The notes under the pieces were generated by a model. It was not told the DNA's origin, did no database searches, and worked only from the letters and a program-made list of their open reading frames with translations. A DNA stretch of 64,000 nucleotides from Octopus sinensis (Eukaryota), in contig NC_042998.1 of NCBI RefSeq assembly GCF_006345805.1, forward strand, positions 197,408,001 to 197,472,000, in the 5' to 3' direction. Positions 49,601-60,229 of the stretch are shown piece by piece (position 1 is the first letter of the stretch; every line of letters starts with the position of its first letter). Made by a program: the position numbers and the translations under genes.

Positions 49601-51715
49601 ATAGATCAAGCATAAAAGCTGCTCAGCAAAGTAGAAACATCCGCAGCCAAAATTGGACTGCAAATGTCGAGAAAACTGAATACATGTCTTTCAATCAATG
49701 GTGTGATACTGAACACTCTGTTTTGAGTGGCTCCAAATTGAATGTTGTTGAAGATTTAAGTGGCTGGGGGAACAGTTTGGAAGCAGGCATCAAGATCAAG
49801 AAGGAACAAGCATGGACAGCCAGTGTTTTGAGTGGCTCCAAATTGAATATTGTTGAAGATTTAAGTGGTTGGGGGATCAGTTTGGAAGCAGGCATCAAGA
49901 TCAAGAAGGAACAAGCATGGACAGCCAGTGTTTTGAGTGGCTACAAATTGAATATTGTTGAAGATTTAAGTGGCTGGGGGAACAGTTTGGAAGCAGGCAT
50001 CAAGATCAAGAAGGAACAAGCATGGACAGCCAGTGTTTTGAGTGGCTCCAAATTGAATATTGTTGAAGATTTAAGTGGTTGGGGGATCAGTTTGGAAGCA
50101 GGCATCAAGATCAAGAAGGAACAAGCATGGACAGCCAGTGTTTTGAGTGGCTCCAAATTGAATATTGTTGAAGATTTAAGTGGCTGGGGGAACAGTTTGG
50201 AAGCAGGCATCAAGATCAAGAAGGAACAAGCATGGACAGCCAGTCACAAACTAAAGAAGGTCTGGAAATCCAAACTGCTTGGGTGAATCAAAATTGACCT
50301 ATCATCTGACTGACAATTGGTGTTTCTGACAATGACCCCTAGGTGTCCAACAGATTATTCACTTCAAATGCGATAAGAACAACAGATTAAAAAGCTATCA
50401 GAGAACTTACCGTTTGTAATTTGTTGTTCATGGCATAGTAGTCAAGAACTGGAGTGGTATGTTCATGGAATGTCACCAACCGTTTATTGATTGTCTCTTC
50501 ATTATCATCGACTCGACCACTGGTCTTGGCACGGTCAAGTAACCGAGCTTTCATTGTTTCATCGGATACATCAAAATTCAGCACAAATTTGCACTTGGAA
50601 ACCTGGATGTGGAAAAAAAAAAACCAAATGAAAATATAGTAGGCGCAGGAGTGGCTGTGTGGTAAGTAGCTTGCTAACCAATCACATGGTTCCGGGTTCA
50701 GTCCCACTGCGTGGCATCTTGGGCAAGTGTCTTCTGCTATAGCCCCAGGCCAACCAATGCCTTGTGAGTAGATTTGGTAGACGGAAACTGAAAGAAGCCT
50801 GTCGTATATATGTATGTGTGTGTGTTTGTGTGTCTGTGTTTGCTTGACAACCGATGCTGGTTTGTTTACATCCCTGTCACTTAGCGGTTCGGCAAAAAGA
50901 CACCGATAGAATAAGTACTGGGCTTACAAAAAGAATAAGTCCCGGGGTCGAGTTGCTCGACTAAAGGCGGTGCTCCAGCATGGCCGCAATCAAATGACTG
51001 AAACAAGTAAAAGAGAGAAAAGAGAGTATGTGGTTAGGGTACCTGCAATGTGAGCTTGATACAGTTAGAAGGTAGATTAGTGAAGGTTAGGATGGTAAGG
51101 GTTGGAACATTTTGGGTGCTAAGTAGATCATGTATCGAAGTGTGAGAGGATTTTGGAGAGATTTACTGGAGAAATACGTATCAGTTTTGTAAGTGATGAA
51201 GATGACACTGATGATGAATATGTATTTCTTTGCTACCCACAAGGGGCTAAACACAGAGGAGACTAACAAGGACAGACAAATGGATTAAGTCGATTACATC
51301 GACCCCAGTGCGTAACTGGTACTTAATTTATCGACCCCGGAAGGATGAAAGGCAAAGTCGACCTCGGCGGAATTTGAACTCGGAATGTAATGGCAGACGA
51401 AGTACAGCGACGAATTTCGCCCGGCGTACTAAGTTTCTGCCAGCTCACCGCCTTAAATAGCTATTTCCTTCTACTAGCTGAGAACTCTTAGCTTCTTCCA
51501 CACAGCCAAGACTTGCTGGTGCATGAGAACCCTCCACCAACTCTCTACTATATTTATCAACACGGATGAAAAGGCAAGAAGCATGGATGTGCTATCAATG
51601 TACATGAATGTTGCAAGTGAAGTGGTGATGTGCAAGTATTTGGGAGACTGTCTATCTAGATTTATTACATTAATACCAATCCTTTTATCTGAACTGTGAC
51701 ACATACACAATGCAT

Positions 51716-51759
<44 letters not shown>

Positions 51760-54700
51760 AATTATTGTATACAGTGCTCAGGTGCACCACAACTTGTCAA
51801 AAGTGCATATAAAGCATATGCAATAATGTACAAATGTCTGGGAAGTGAACAGTGTATGAGTCAGATACATGCTTGCTTGTGTGTATGGAGGGGAGAAAAT
51901 CAGGCGGAGTGTTGGTGAATCTCAGGAAGCATGGAAGTTTTGAAGGATGCAGTGCTCCGACAACTAACAACTGATGCCGGCAGTCTGTTCCATGCTTCAG
52001 CAACTCTAAGCGTGAAAAAATGTTTCCGAAAGTCATGGGAGCTGTGCTGTTTTCTGACTTTGTAAACATGCCCACATGTGTTAGACGGGTGGAGTTTGAA
52101 AAGGTGCTCAGAGTTATTGTTTGTAAGATGGTTAATAATTTTATGGGTGTCTGCCAAGTCAGCTGCTAGTCGTCAGAGTTTCAATGTATCCATGCCCAGG
52201 GAAGTAAGGTGTTCAGAATATGGCAAATGCCTGATGGAGGGTATTCTCTTGGTTGCACGTCGCTGAACAGCTTCCAGACGATTAACATCCTGGGCAAGAT
52301 AGGGGTTCCAGACCGGTGATGCAAATTCCACATGAGGTTGCACCATAGCTATATAAAGCTGCAGATAGATAGTCGGAGAGCGGCTCACAAAGGATTTGGT
52401 GAGTGATGCCAAGACACCCTCAGCCTTCTTGGCAATTTTAGCAATGTCCAACGCAAATCACTGTCAACAATAATGCCCAGTTCACGTTCACAAGAAGACT
52501 TTTTGAGATTAGTGTTGTGGAGGGAGTAAGTATTCTCACATCTTAATTGAACATTTCTATTCAATACTTGAAAAATTATTTTTAACAATTTGATCAATTT
52601 TTAAAATTACTGTTGAAATTAATAATCTGCTAAAATTTTTACACTTGAAAGTTCTCCTGACTCAACGGCTGGATTGTACTTGGTCTTGGGTGGCAAACCT
52701 AACCTGTTGTCCAGTTAACACTACAGATTTGACCTTGGTTGCCTTCAGAGGAATCTACATTGGTCACCAGTTTCAGAATAAACTGATACTGTGATGCACT
52801 ACTTCCTACTTTAGTGATCCACAAGAAGTAGTTTTTTTCCCTCCACCTGTTTTGTAAGACTTTGATTGGTCAGGGGCTAGAGTAGAAGATACTTGCCCAA
52901 GGTTCTATATAGTGGGACTGCAAAAAGAAATCTTATCACACAGCTATTATATATAACACCTGTTATATATGTAAATCCATGTAGTAGTTATATAAACAGG
53001 ACTATTTCTTCATAAACTTAATTGATTTTTCAACCTTACTGGCTTCTCATCAGAGATGTCTACACCAATTTAACCAATCCTAGAGGAACAAACAGCCAAT
53101 CCATTTATATACTCTGGCAGCTGACTTGGCAGACACCCAGACAATAACTCTGAGCACCTTTTCAAACTCCACCTGTCTAACACCTGTGGACATGTTTACA
53201 AAGTCAGAAAACAGCACAGCTCCTTCCATGACTTTCGGAAACATTTTTTCACGCTGAGAGTTGCTGAAGCATGGAACAAACTGCCGGCATCAGTTGTAAG
53301 TTGTCGGAGCACTGCATCCTTCAAAACTTCCATTCTTTCTGAGATTCGCCAACACTACACCTGATTTCCTCCCCTCCATACACACGCAAGCATCTATTTG
53401 ACTCATACATTGTTCACTTTCCAGACATTTTTACATTACTGCATGTACTTTATACGCACTTTCTGACAAGTTGTGGTGCACCTCAGCACTGTATAGAATA
53501 ATTTCATTATTATATTTATTATTTAACAATTTTAATGATTACACAGAACTGGAGCTACTAAACTCCATACGATAAGAGTTGACACTTTATTTCAGGGGTC
53601 CTCAACCATTTTTTTTATCTGTGGAACCCTTTGATTATATCTTATTCTGGTGGATCCCTATAGCCATTCAATGTTTAAAAACTAGTTTTATAGAAACTTC
53701 TTTCAAAATTCCTAATTTGTTTTTCACACAGTCACTCTTGTAGGTTGAACTATGTAAAATGTTGGAGAAAGAAACCCATCTGTTTCTTGCAATACATACT
53801 AATACATACATTTAAAGCTAAATTTCTTCAAAAGTCCTTAAAATATTATGGTGGATCCTCAATTTATTATTTTGTCGTATGGATCCCTAAAATATTATTT
53901 TGTGCCATGGATCTCCAATAATCTTAAATAGGCGCAGGAGTGGCTGTGTGGTAAGTAGCTTGCTAACCAACCACATGGTTCCGGGTTCAGTCCCACTGCG
54001 TGGCATCTTGGGCAAGTGTCTTCTGCTATAGCCCCAGGCTGACCAAAGCCTTGTGAGTGGATTTGGTAGACGGAAACTGAAAGAAGCCTGTCGCATATAT
54101 GTATATATATATAAGTGTGTGTGTATATGTTTGTGTGTCTGTGTTTGTCCCTCTAGCATTGCTTGACAACCGATGCTGGTGTGTTTACGTCCCCGTTACT
54201 TAGCGGTTCGGCAATAGAGACCGATAGAATAAGTACTGGGCTTACAAAGAATAAGTCCCGGGGTCGATTTGCTCAACTAAAGGCGGTGCTCCAGCATGGC
54301 CACAGTCAAATGACTGAAACAAGTAAAAGAGAGAAAAGAGAGTAAAAGAAAGACTCCCAGGGTCCCATATGGACCCTGATTGAGAACCACTGCTTTACTT
54401 AATATCAAGGTCTGTCAAAGAGGACCCAATTCACACAGTTTCAAGGCATGATATATAATATGTAAGCACATGCAGTAAATATATAATCTTGTATATCCAG
54501 GTGAGCCCTTTAAATGCTAAGAGTTGTACACTGTTTGTGGTCTTATTAAATACTATAATACTGGCTCCCGTGCCGGTAGCATGTAAAAGCACCATCCGTT
54601 CATGTCCGTTGCCAGCCTCGCCTGGCCCCCGTGCCGGTAGCATGTAAAAGCACCATCCGTTCGTGTCCGTTGCCAGCCTCGCCTGGCCCCCGTGCCGGTA

Positions 54701-56590
54701 GCATGTAAAAGCACCATCCGTTCGTGTCCGTTGCCAGCCTCACCTGGCTCCCGTGCCGGTAGTATGTAAAAGCACCATCCGTTCGTGTCCGTTGCCAGCC
54801 TCGCCTGGCCCCCGTGCTGGTAGCATGTAAAAGCACCATCCGTTCGTGTCCATTGCCAGCCTCGCCTGGCCCCCGTGCCGGTAGCATGTAAAAGCACCAT
54901 CCGTTCGTGTCCGTTGCCAGCCTCGCCTGGCCCCCGTGCCGGTAGCATGTAAAAGCACCATCCGTTCGTGTCCGTTGCCAGCCTCGCCTGGCCCCCGTGC
55001 CGGTGGCACGAAATAAAGCACCATCCGTTCGTGGCCGTTTGCCAGCTCTGTCTGGCACCTGTGCAGGTGGCACGTAAAAAGCACCCACTACACTCACGGA
55101 GTGGTTGGCGTTAGGAAGGGCATCCAGCCATAGAAACACTGCCAGATCAGACTGGGCCTGATGAAGCCTTCTGGCTTCCCAGACCCCAGTAGAACCGTCC
55201 AACCCATGCTAGCATGGAAAACGGACGCTAAATGATGATGATGAATACTGATAGTTTCATTGGGGCAGATCAAGCATAGGGGTTAACTTACCTCAGCTTC
55301 AAAACGCTTTCCTTGTTCAAGTTCCCTTGGGTATCCATCAATGAGGAATCCTCGGGAAGTGGCAGCTCGGCTGAGCATGGCTTCCCTGATAAGTTCAAGT
55401 ACAGTATCCTGAATAGGAAATAATGAGTAAAATATCAGCATGTGATATCAAATATATCAGAGGCGATGCTCAAATGAAGAAAAATGCAGAACTATACATA
55501 AACAATTATCTTAAGTTCTATAACGTTATAATATGGTTTCCTTAATTACTCTTTCACTCTTTTACTTGTTTCAGCCATTTGACTGCGGCCATGCTGGAGC
55601 ACCGCCTTTAGTCGAGCAAATCGACCCCGGGACTTATTCTTTTGTAAGCCCAGTACTTATTCTATCGGTCTCTTTTGCCGAACCGCTAAGTGACGGGGAC
55701 GTAAACACACCAGCATCGGTTGTCAAGCAATGCTAGGGGGACAAACACAGACACACAAACATATACACACACACTTATATATATATACATATATACGACA
55801 GGCTTCTTTCAGTTTCCGTCTACCAAATCCTCTCACAAGGCATTGGTCGGCCCGGGGCTATAGCAGAAGACACTTGCCCAAGATGCCACGCAGTGGGACT
55901 GAACCCGGAACCATGTGGTTGGTTAGCAAGCTACTTACCACACAGCCACTACTGCGCCTATTATCTATAATTTCAATTGAAAAATTACTTGTGAATGTAC
56001 TTTCAAAGTTAGATGCTACAACTGAGGAAAGCACTTCATGAAGGCTAACGGTCAAGTGAATAAGTGTACAGAAGAAATTTAATTGAATGTAAATGATTAG
56101 AACGGAAATGATGAAGATAAATTAGATTCAAGAAGAGACTAACAGAAGAAAACCAAAATGCAGAATAAGGAATTGTGGATGTTGGTGTGTTGGAAATATT
56201 AGAGCTCTGTGGCTATTTGGATGAATTCCTTTTAAAGTAACAACAAAATTGTAAGAAACAAACTCACCATAGGCACAAGCTTTCCTGTTGCCATGATGGC
56301 AGAGAGTTCTTTACCCCTGGCAGACCCAGAGGCCACTTCTTCACGGAGAAGGTCTCCAGATGAGAGATGGGTGAATCCATATTTGGATACGATTTTGGCA
56401 CACTGGGTTCCTTTGCCACAGCCAGGTCCACCTTTATTGAAAAGAAAGAAAACGTTGGATAGAATTTATAATTAAATAATGTAGTAGAAATTATAGACAT
56501 AGATCTATACATACACATATATATATCATCATTGGCTAGAACTCACTCAAATTATATATGTATATATATATATATAATGATAAATATATT

Positions 56591-56628
<38 letters not shown>

Positions 56629-59260
56629 ATAATAAATATATATATATAATAATGATAAATATATATATATATAATAATATATATATATATAATATATATA
56701 ATAATAAATATATATATAATAATAATAAATATATATATAATAATAATAAATATATAATAATAATAAATATATATATAATAATAATAAATATATATAATAA
56801 TAATAAATATATATATAAATATAATATAATTTATATAAACGACCTTTCCAGTGTCGTACATTACTGCAAAGTGAAAATATTTGCTGATGACACTAAGCTC
56901 CAGCAAATCATCAATGAAGAAGCAGACTGAACTCAACTCCAGTCTGATCTATATGCTGTGAGTCAATGGGCAGACAGAAACAAAATGCAACTGAACGAGG
57001 GAAAATTTGAGCTGATGCATTTTGGAAGAAATTCCTCACTAAAACAGCCATACTCTCTTCCTTCAGGGGAACCGCTCACAGCCTCTAACAATATCAGAGA
57101 CCTGGGCTTAATTGTTGATGACGATCTCAGTTGGAGTGCCCACATCAACAATAAGGTCGATATAGCTCGTAGGATGAGTTCCTGGATCTTAAGAACTTTC
57201 CGGTCCAGAGAACAAGGTGTCATCATACCACTTTTTTCCTCCTTTGTACAGCCACACCTCGAATACTGCTGCCCACTGTGGTCTCCCCATACAAGACAAA
57301 ACATCTCGAGGATTGAATCACTCCAGAGGGCACTCACTAAACGAATTGAAGGCATGGCTGCTCTCGATTATTGGACCGCCTTAAAGCCTTGAAACTCTAC
57401 TCTCTCCAGCGTCACCGTGAGCGGTACATCATTTGTACGATGTGGAGAATATACCGCCAACTTTGCCCAAATGACCTGAACATTAGCTTCAAGGTTCATC
57501 CAAGACTGGGACCACGGGCCATACGTCCCCTGTCCAATTCAAGATCACAGCATACATGTACACTGCAACATAATTTCTTTTCCTCAACAGGCCCTGCCCT
57601 ATTTAACATTGTCCTGAAAGAGATCAAAGAGGAAAAGGATCCCATCAACTTTAAACGGAGTCTGGATAGATTCCTTCAAGATATACCAGATAAGCCACCC
57701 ATAATTGGATACAACTCACCCAACAAAAACTCACTACTTGAATGGACCATAAACAAAACTTGACCTAAACAGGATTTAGATAATCCTATCAAGTGGTGCT
57801 ATTAAGTTACACATAGCCTGGACCAATCTTTGGTCGAAACATATCTAAGTTTATAATAATATATATATCTTTCTATCTATCCGCTCAGTCGAAGTCGACT
57901 CTTGGTTACTTGATGGATCAGTGTCCTCCCGTCAGTTCTATCCTGGGCCGCTTCTTTCAGATTGGCTATGTCCATTCCGGTATCCCTCTTGATGGTGTCA
58001 AGCCAGCGGGTTCTTGGTTGGCCTCTTCCTCTCTTGCCACTGACCATTCCGAGCATGATGTCCTTCTCCAGGGATTCTCTCTGCCAATCTATGCTTGGTG
58101 ATCCTAGCTGGCAATGACAGTTTCGGCCTGATCTGCTTAAGAACTTCTCCATTGGTGAGCCTCGCTGTCCATGGAATCCGTAAAAGTCTTCTCCAACACC
58201 AAAGCTCGAATAATAATAATAATAATAATAATATAATAATAATATATATTATATATATATATTATATATATATTATATATATTTTAAATATATATATACT
58301 CTTTTATTGTAAAATGAGAAAAAAATAATTTAAAAAGGATAAGATAAATAAAGTAATAAATACAAATTCTTGTTTGAAAAACCCAAAGAGTTATTTAATC
58401 TTTTGTGCCCTTCTGAAATTGAACAAATTTGACCTGCTTTTCAAGTATTTTGTCACAACCTGCTAAACTTCTCATACTGAGAAATAGGTCGATCACAGAA
58501 TATTTCATTTTATTTTATAATTGTTTCCTTTTGTTAATGTATTATATTCATTACAGGTATATAGGATTGGCTCATGACATCTATCGCTGTTCCACTGCAT
58601 TTATAAATGTAGAGTTAGAGTAAGATCCAGTGAGAATGAGAAGGTGACAGACACACTAGCCAGTATCGTCATCATTTAGCGTCCGCTTTCCATGCTAGCA
58701 TGGGTTGGACGGTTCAACTGGGGTCTGGGAAGCCAGAAGGCTGCACCAGGCCAGTCAGATCTGGCAGTGCTTCTATAATTATTCTCAGCGAAAGATTTTA
58801 ATCCTTTCCTTTACAAAGTGTTTCTGGCAGTGTTTCTACGGCTGGATGCCCTTCCTAACGCCAACCACTCCGTGAGTGTAGTAGGTCCTTTTTACGTGCC
58901 ACCGGCACAGGTGCCAGACGGGGCTGGCAAATGGCAACGGTCGGATTGGTGCATTTTACGTGCCACCGGCACGGAAGCCAGTCGAGGTGACACTGGCTTC
59001 GGCCACGATTCGAATGGTGCTTTTTACGTGCCACCGGCATGGAAGCCAGTCGAGGCGGCGCTGGCATTGGCCACGATTTGGATAGTGCCCATTAACCTCT
59101 TTTTTCCTGACTTGAGGTTTTCATTCAGGGTGCTCCTCCATGTGAACACATGCTACATACATACCCACGTGCATATATTATACACACACCAGAAACCTAT
59201 AGAGAAATATCGGGTACTTACCGATCACAAAGATGACAAAGACATTCTCCAACGATGTAA
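29644..59260 (-). CDS. AK1: Tandem two-domain (or more) adenylate kinase, AK1/AK5 family; 5'-partial; join of 10 exons (1172 nt, ~389 aa + stop)
   Basis: Manual splicing gives one open frame with two copies of the P-loop (GGPGxGKGT), SSGDxLR, Gx[12 protein letters not shown] and the short LID (RxKTSGRxDDN). All introns are GT-AG and phases are compatible. The symbol is a family-level assignment; orthology was not tested. Confidence 0.93.
31216..31470 (+). mobile_element. SINE family B monomer
   Basis: TSD atatt(c/g)tttttgata. Confidence 0.9.
31677..32090 (+). mobile_element. SINE family B dimer
   Basis: gtattt units at 31724 and 31908 (184 nt apart). Confidence 0.9.
33000..33263 (+). mobile_element. 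CR1-like LINE 3' end with (TAAC)n tail
   Basis: [18 protein letters not shown]...FKVSLD...LFA*; second copy at 45326-45550 (-). Confidence 0.82.
33493..33835 (-). mobile_element. RTE 3' UTR copy
   Basis: Tail, core, repeat units. Confidence 0.87.
34143..34526 (-). mobile_element. SINE family D
   Basis: Reverse complement of the 9461 copy; TSD tgccaaaacat. Confidence 0.92.
34906..35125. mobile_element. hAT (Charlie-like) MITE, 220 bp
   Basis: cagtggttttcaa / ttgaaaagcactg; exact 8-bp TSD ctctagag; 41 nt from the donor of the AK 35167 exon. Confidence 0.92.
35167..35358 (-). CDS. AK1: AK domain 2, 192-nt exon ([64 protein letters not shown])
   Basis: LID motif SGRDDDN; ttatcag / gtaagt boundaries. 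Confidence 0.96.
35463..35888 (-). mobile_element. SINE family A
   Basis: Full length; inverted relative to the 36536 copy. Confidence 0.92.
36536..36960 (+). mobile_element. SINE family A
   Basis: Full length, aggcgcaggagtggc head to (AAAGAGT)n tail. Confidence 0.92.
37655..38265 (+). mobile_element. CR1 LINE 3' end, (ATT)n tail
   Basis: [20 protein letters not shown]...[11 protein letters not shown]; further copies at 44195, 47850, 51718 and 53110. Confidence 0.9.
38354..38470 (-). CDS. AK1: AK domain 2, 117-nt exon ([39 protein letters not shown])
   Basis: FLIDGYPRE motif; aattacag / gtgaga boundaries. Confidence 0.96.
38664..39555. repeat. 27/28-nt minisatellite, ~33 copies (ACATGTATAAAATCGTTTCCTGACTCC)
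   Basis: Counted units; 28-nt variants at copies 5, 10, 15, 24-26 and 28. Confidence 0.97.
40255..40553 (+). mobile_element. RTE 3' UTR copy (variant subfamily)
   Basis: Matches the 8725 copy. Confidence 0.85.
41165..41580 (-). mobile_element. SINE family B dimer
   Basis: cctattt at 41165 and 41349 (184 nt apart). Confidence 0.9.
41851..42014 (-). CDS. AK1: AK domain 2, 164-nt exon ([55 protein letters not shown])
   Basis: P-loop and NMP-binding motifs; ttatccag / gtaaag boundaries. Confidence 0.97.
42590..42820 (-). mobile_element. SINE family B monomer
   Basis: Head and single body; flanking ttttgaatgtagtata duplication. Confidence 0.88.
43236..43274 (-). CDS. AK1: AK domain 2, 39-nt exon ([14 protein letters not shown])
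   Basis: catttccag / gtatgt boundaries, phase 1-1, KVIFVVG motif. Confidence 0.9.
43610..43882 (+). mobile_element. RTE 3' UTR copy (variant subfamily)
   Basis: Matches the 8725 and 40255 copies. Confidence 0.85.
44195..44715 (+). mobile_element. CR1 LINE 3' end
   Basis: Same family as the 37655 copy. Confidence 0.9.
44917..44992 (-). CDS. AK1: AK domain 1 C-terminal/linker exon, 76 nt ([25 protein letters not shown]+1 nt)
   Basis: Matches the AK C-terminal helix; cattgcag acceptor, gtgagt donor in phase 1 with no stop. Confidence 0.88.
45326..45550 (-). mobile_element. CR1-like LINE 3' end with (TAAC)n tail
   Basis: Reverse complement of the 33000-33263 copy. Confidence 0.82.
46104..46580 (-). 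mobile_element. RTE 3' UTR copy
   Basis: Tail, core, ~3 repeat units. Confidence 0.88.
46870..47100 (-). mobile_element. SINE family B monomer
   Basis: Head and single body. Confidence 0.88.
47850..48122 (+). mobile_element. CR1 3' end, internally deleted
   Basis: acaaagtcagaaaacaacacag and gttgtagtgcacctgagcac segments. Confidence 0.8.
48612..48913 (-). mobile_element. SINE with family D head but a different 3' tail
   Basis: ~190 nt match family D, then an unrelated tail (...gtgaccagcgatgtgtaacaac...ggtcggtcacggtg). Confidence 0.8.
49237..50286 (+). mobile_element. RTE-clade RT fragment with 5 x 105-nt internal tandem repeat
   Basis: [47 protein letters not shown]; repeats at 49720-50244. 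Confidence 0.9.
50411..50602 (-). CDS. AK1: AK domain 1, 192-nt exon ([64 protein letters not shown])
   Basis: Short LID motif SGRVDDN; catccag / gtaagt boundaries. Confidence 0.97.
50641..51027 (+). mobile_element. SINE family A
   Basis: Full length; 38 nt from the acceptor of the AK 50411 exon. Confidence 0.92.
51225..51455 (-). mobile_element. SINE family B monomer
   Basis: Head and single body. Confidence 0.88.
51718..52545 (-). mobile_element. CR1 LINE 3' end (longest copy of this family here)
   Basis: [20 protein letters not shown]...[10 protein letters not shown]; (ATT)n tail. Confidence 0.92.
53110..53525 (+). mobile_element. CR1 LINE 3' end
   Basis: Same family as the 37655 copy. 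Confidence 0.88.
53593..54392. mobile_element. hAT MITE with nested SINE A
   Basis: caggggtcctcaac / gattgagaaccactg; 8-bp TSD cttta(t/c)tt. Confidence 0.82.
53930..54348 (+). mobile_element. SINE family A
   Basis: Full length. Confidence 0.92.
54561..55243 (+). mobile_element. RTE 3' UTR copy with ~8 x 61-nt tandem units
   Basis: tgc(c/t)ggt(a/g)gc every 61 nt from 54571 to 54998, then core and tail. Confidence 0.92.
55292..55408 (-). CDS. AK1: AK domain 1, 117-nt exon ([39 protein letters not shown])
   Basis: [10 protein letters not shown] motif; tattcag / gtaagt boundaries. Confidence 0.97.
55546..55959 (-). mobile_element. SINE family A
   Basis: Full length; near-identical reverse complement of the 53930 copy. 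Confidence 0.92.
56268..56431 (-). CDS. AK1: AK domain 1, 164-nt exon ([55 protein letters not shown])
   Basis: P-loop and NMP-binding motifs; aataaag / gtgagt boundaries. Confidence 0.97.
56535..56832. repeat. (TA)/(AAT) microsatellite
   Basis: Direct inspection. Confidence 0.95.
56832..57852 (+). mobile_element. CR1-clade LINE (distinct family), RT from INDL/FADD to 3' end
   Basis: INDL...IFADDTKL...RDLGLIVD...[14 protein letters not shown]...; one stop and one frameshift seen. Confidence 0.93.
57877..58210 (-). mobile_element. RTE/BovB-like LINE C-terminal fragment
   Basis: [20 protein letters not shown]...[28 protein letters not shown]. Confidence 0.88.
58666..59085 (-). mobile_element. 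RTE 3' UTR copy with a short AT-rich interruption
   Basis: Core split at ~58772-58822 with ctggcagtg duplicated. Confidence 0.85.
59222..59260 (-). CDS. AK1: AK domain 1, 39-nt exon ([14 protein letters not shown])
   Basis: tttgtttcag acceptor, gtaagt donor, phase 1-1; encodes the beta strand before the P-loop. Confidence 0.85.
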
Positions 59261-59327
59261 CTGAAACAAAATGTTACAGAGTAAATTATTTAGGCTGGTA
59301 GTGGTTGCGATAGTGGTATGTTATACC

Positions 59328-59932
59328 TATTTCTTTATTACCCACAAGGGGCTAAACACAGAGGGGACAAACAAGGACAGACATAGGTATTAAGTCGATT
59401 ACATTGACCCCAGTGCGTAACTGGTACTTAATTTATCGACCCCAAAAGGATGAAAGGCAAAGTCGCCCTCGGCAGAATTTGAACTCAGAATGTAACAGCA
59501 GACAAAATACCTATTTCTTTACTACCCATAAGGGGCTAAAAACAGAGGGGACAAACAAGGACAGACAAACGGATTAAGTCGATTACATCGACCCCAGTGC
59601 GTAACTGGTACTTAATTTATCGACCCCAAAAGGATGAAAGGCAAAGTCGACCTCGGCAGAATTTGAACTCAGAATGTAACAGCAGACAAAATACCTATTT
59701 CTTTACTACCCACAAGGGGCTAAAAACAGAGGGGACAAACAAGGACAGACAAACGGATTAAGTCGATTACATCGACCCCAGTGCGTAACTGGTACTTAAT
59801 TTATCGACCCCAAAAGGATGAAAGGCAAAGTCTACCTCGGCGGAATTTGAACTCACAACGTAACGGCAGACGAAATACCGCTAAGCATTTCGCCCGGCGT
59901 GCTAACGTTTCTGCCAGCTTGCCGCCTTAAAT
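59328..59932 (-). mobile_element. SINE family B trimer
   Basis: cctattt at 59326, 59510, 59694; 14-bp TSD tggtatgttatacc. Confidence 0.93.
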
Positions 59933-60229
59933 TGGTATGTTATACCAATGAGTACCGAAGTACAGTGAGGTATCTGTGTATGTACATGTGCATGCGTGTA
60001 TGCATGTGCGTGCATGCATGAAATTTTATATGTGACTGTGCAAGAAGTAATTTGTTAAAGCTTGTGTATGTGTGTATGGGGTAGAATTTCTGTGACATAC
60101 ATGCATTCATACATGTGGTATACATATTCAGACATGTACATGCCTACAATGCATGTATACATGCATTTTAGATTTTGTATATATATCTATATATTTTATT
60201 GATTTATGAATTCACTTACCTTTATAGGT

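Noticed and set aside
54553-55202. Repetitive ORFs from the GC-rich ~60-nt units (many similar across the window)
   Set aside because: They derive from the non-coding RTE 3' UTR array; frames differ between copies.
57815-57842. gaccaa-tct-ttggtc-GAAAC stem in the CR1 3' UTR
   Set aside because: No CUGANGA upstream; better read as an ordinary LINE 3' stem-loop.
58383-58412. Possible 30-nt phase-1 exon as an alternative to the 39-nt exon
   Set aside because: Poor donor (gttttt), and the peptide lacks the IFVxG strand.
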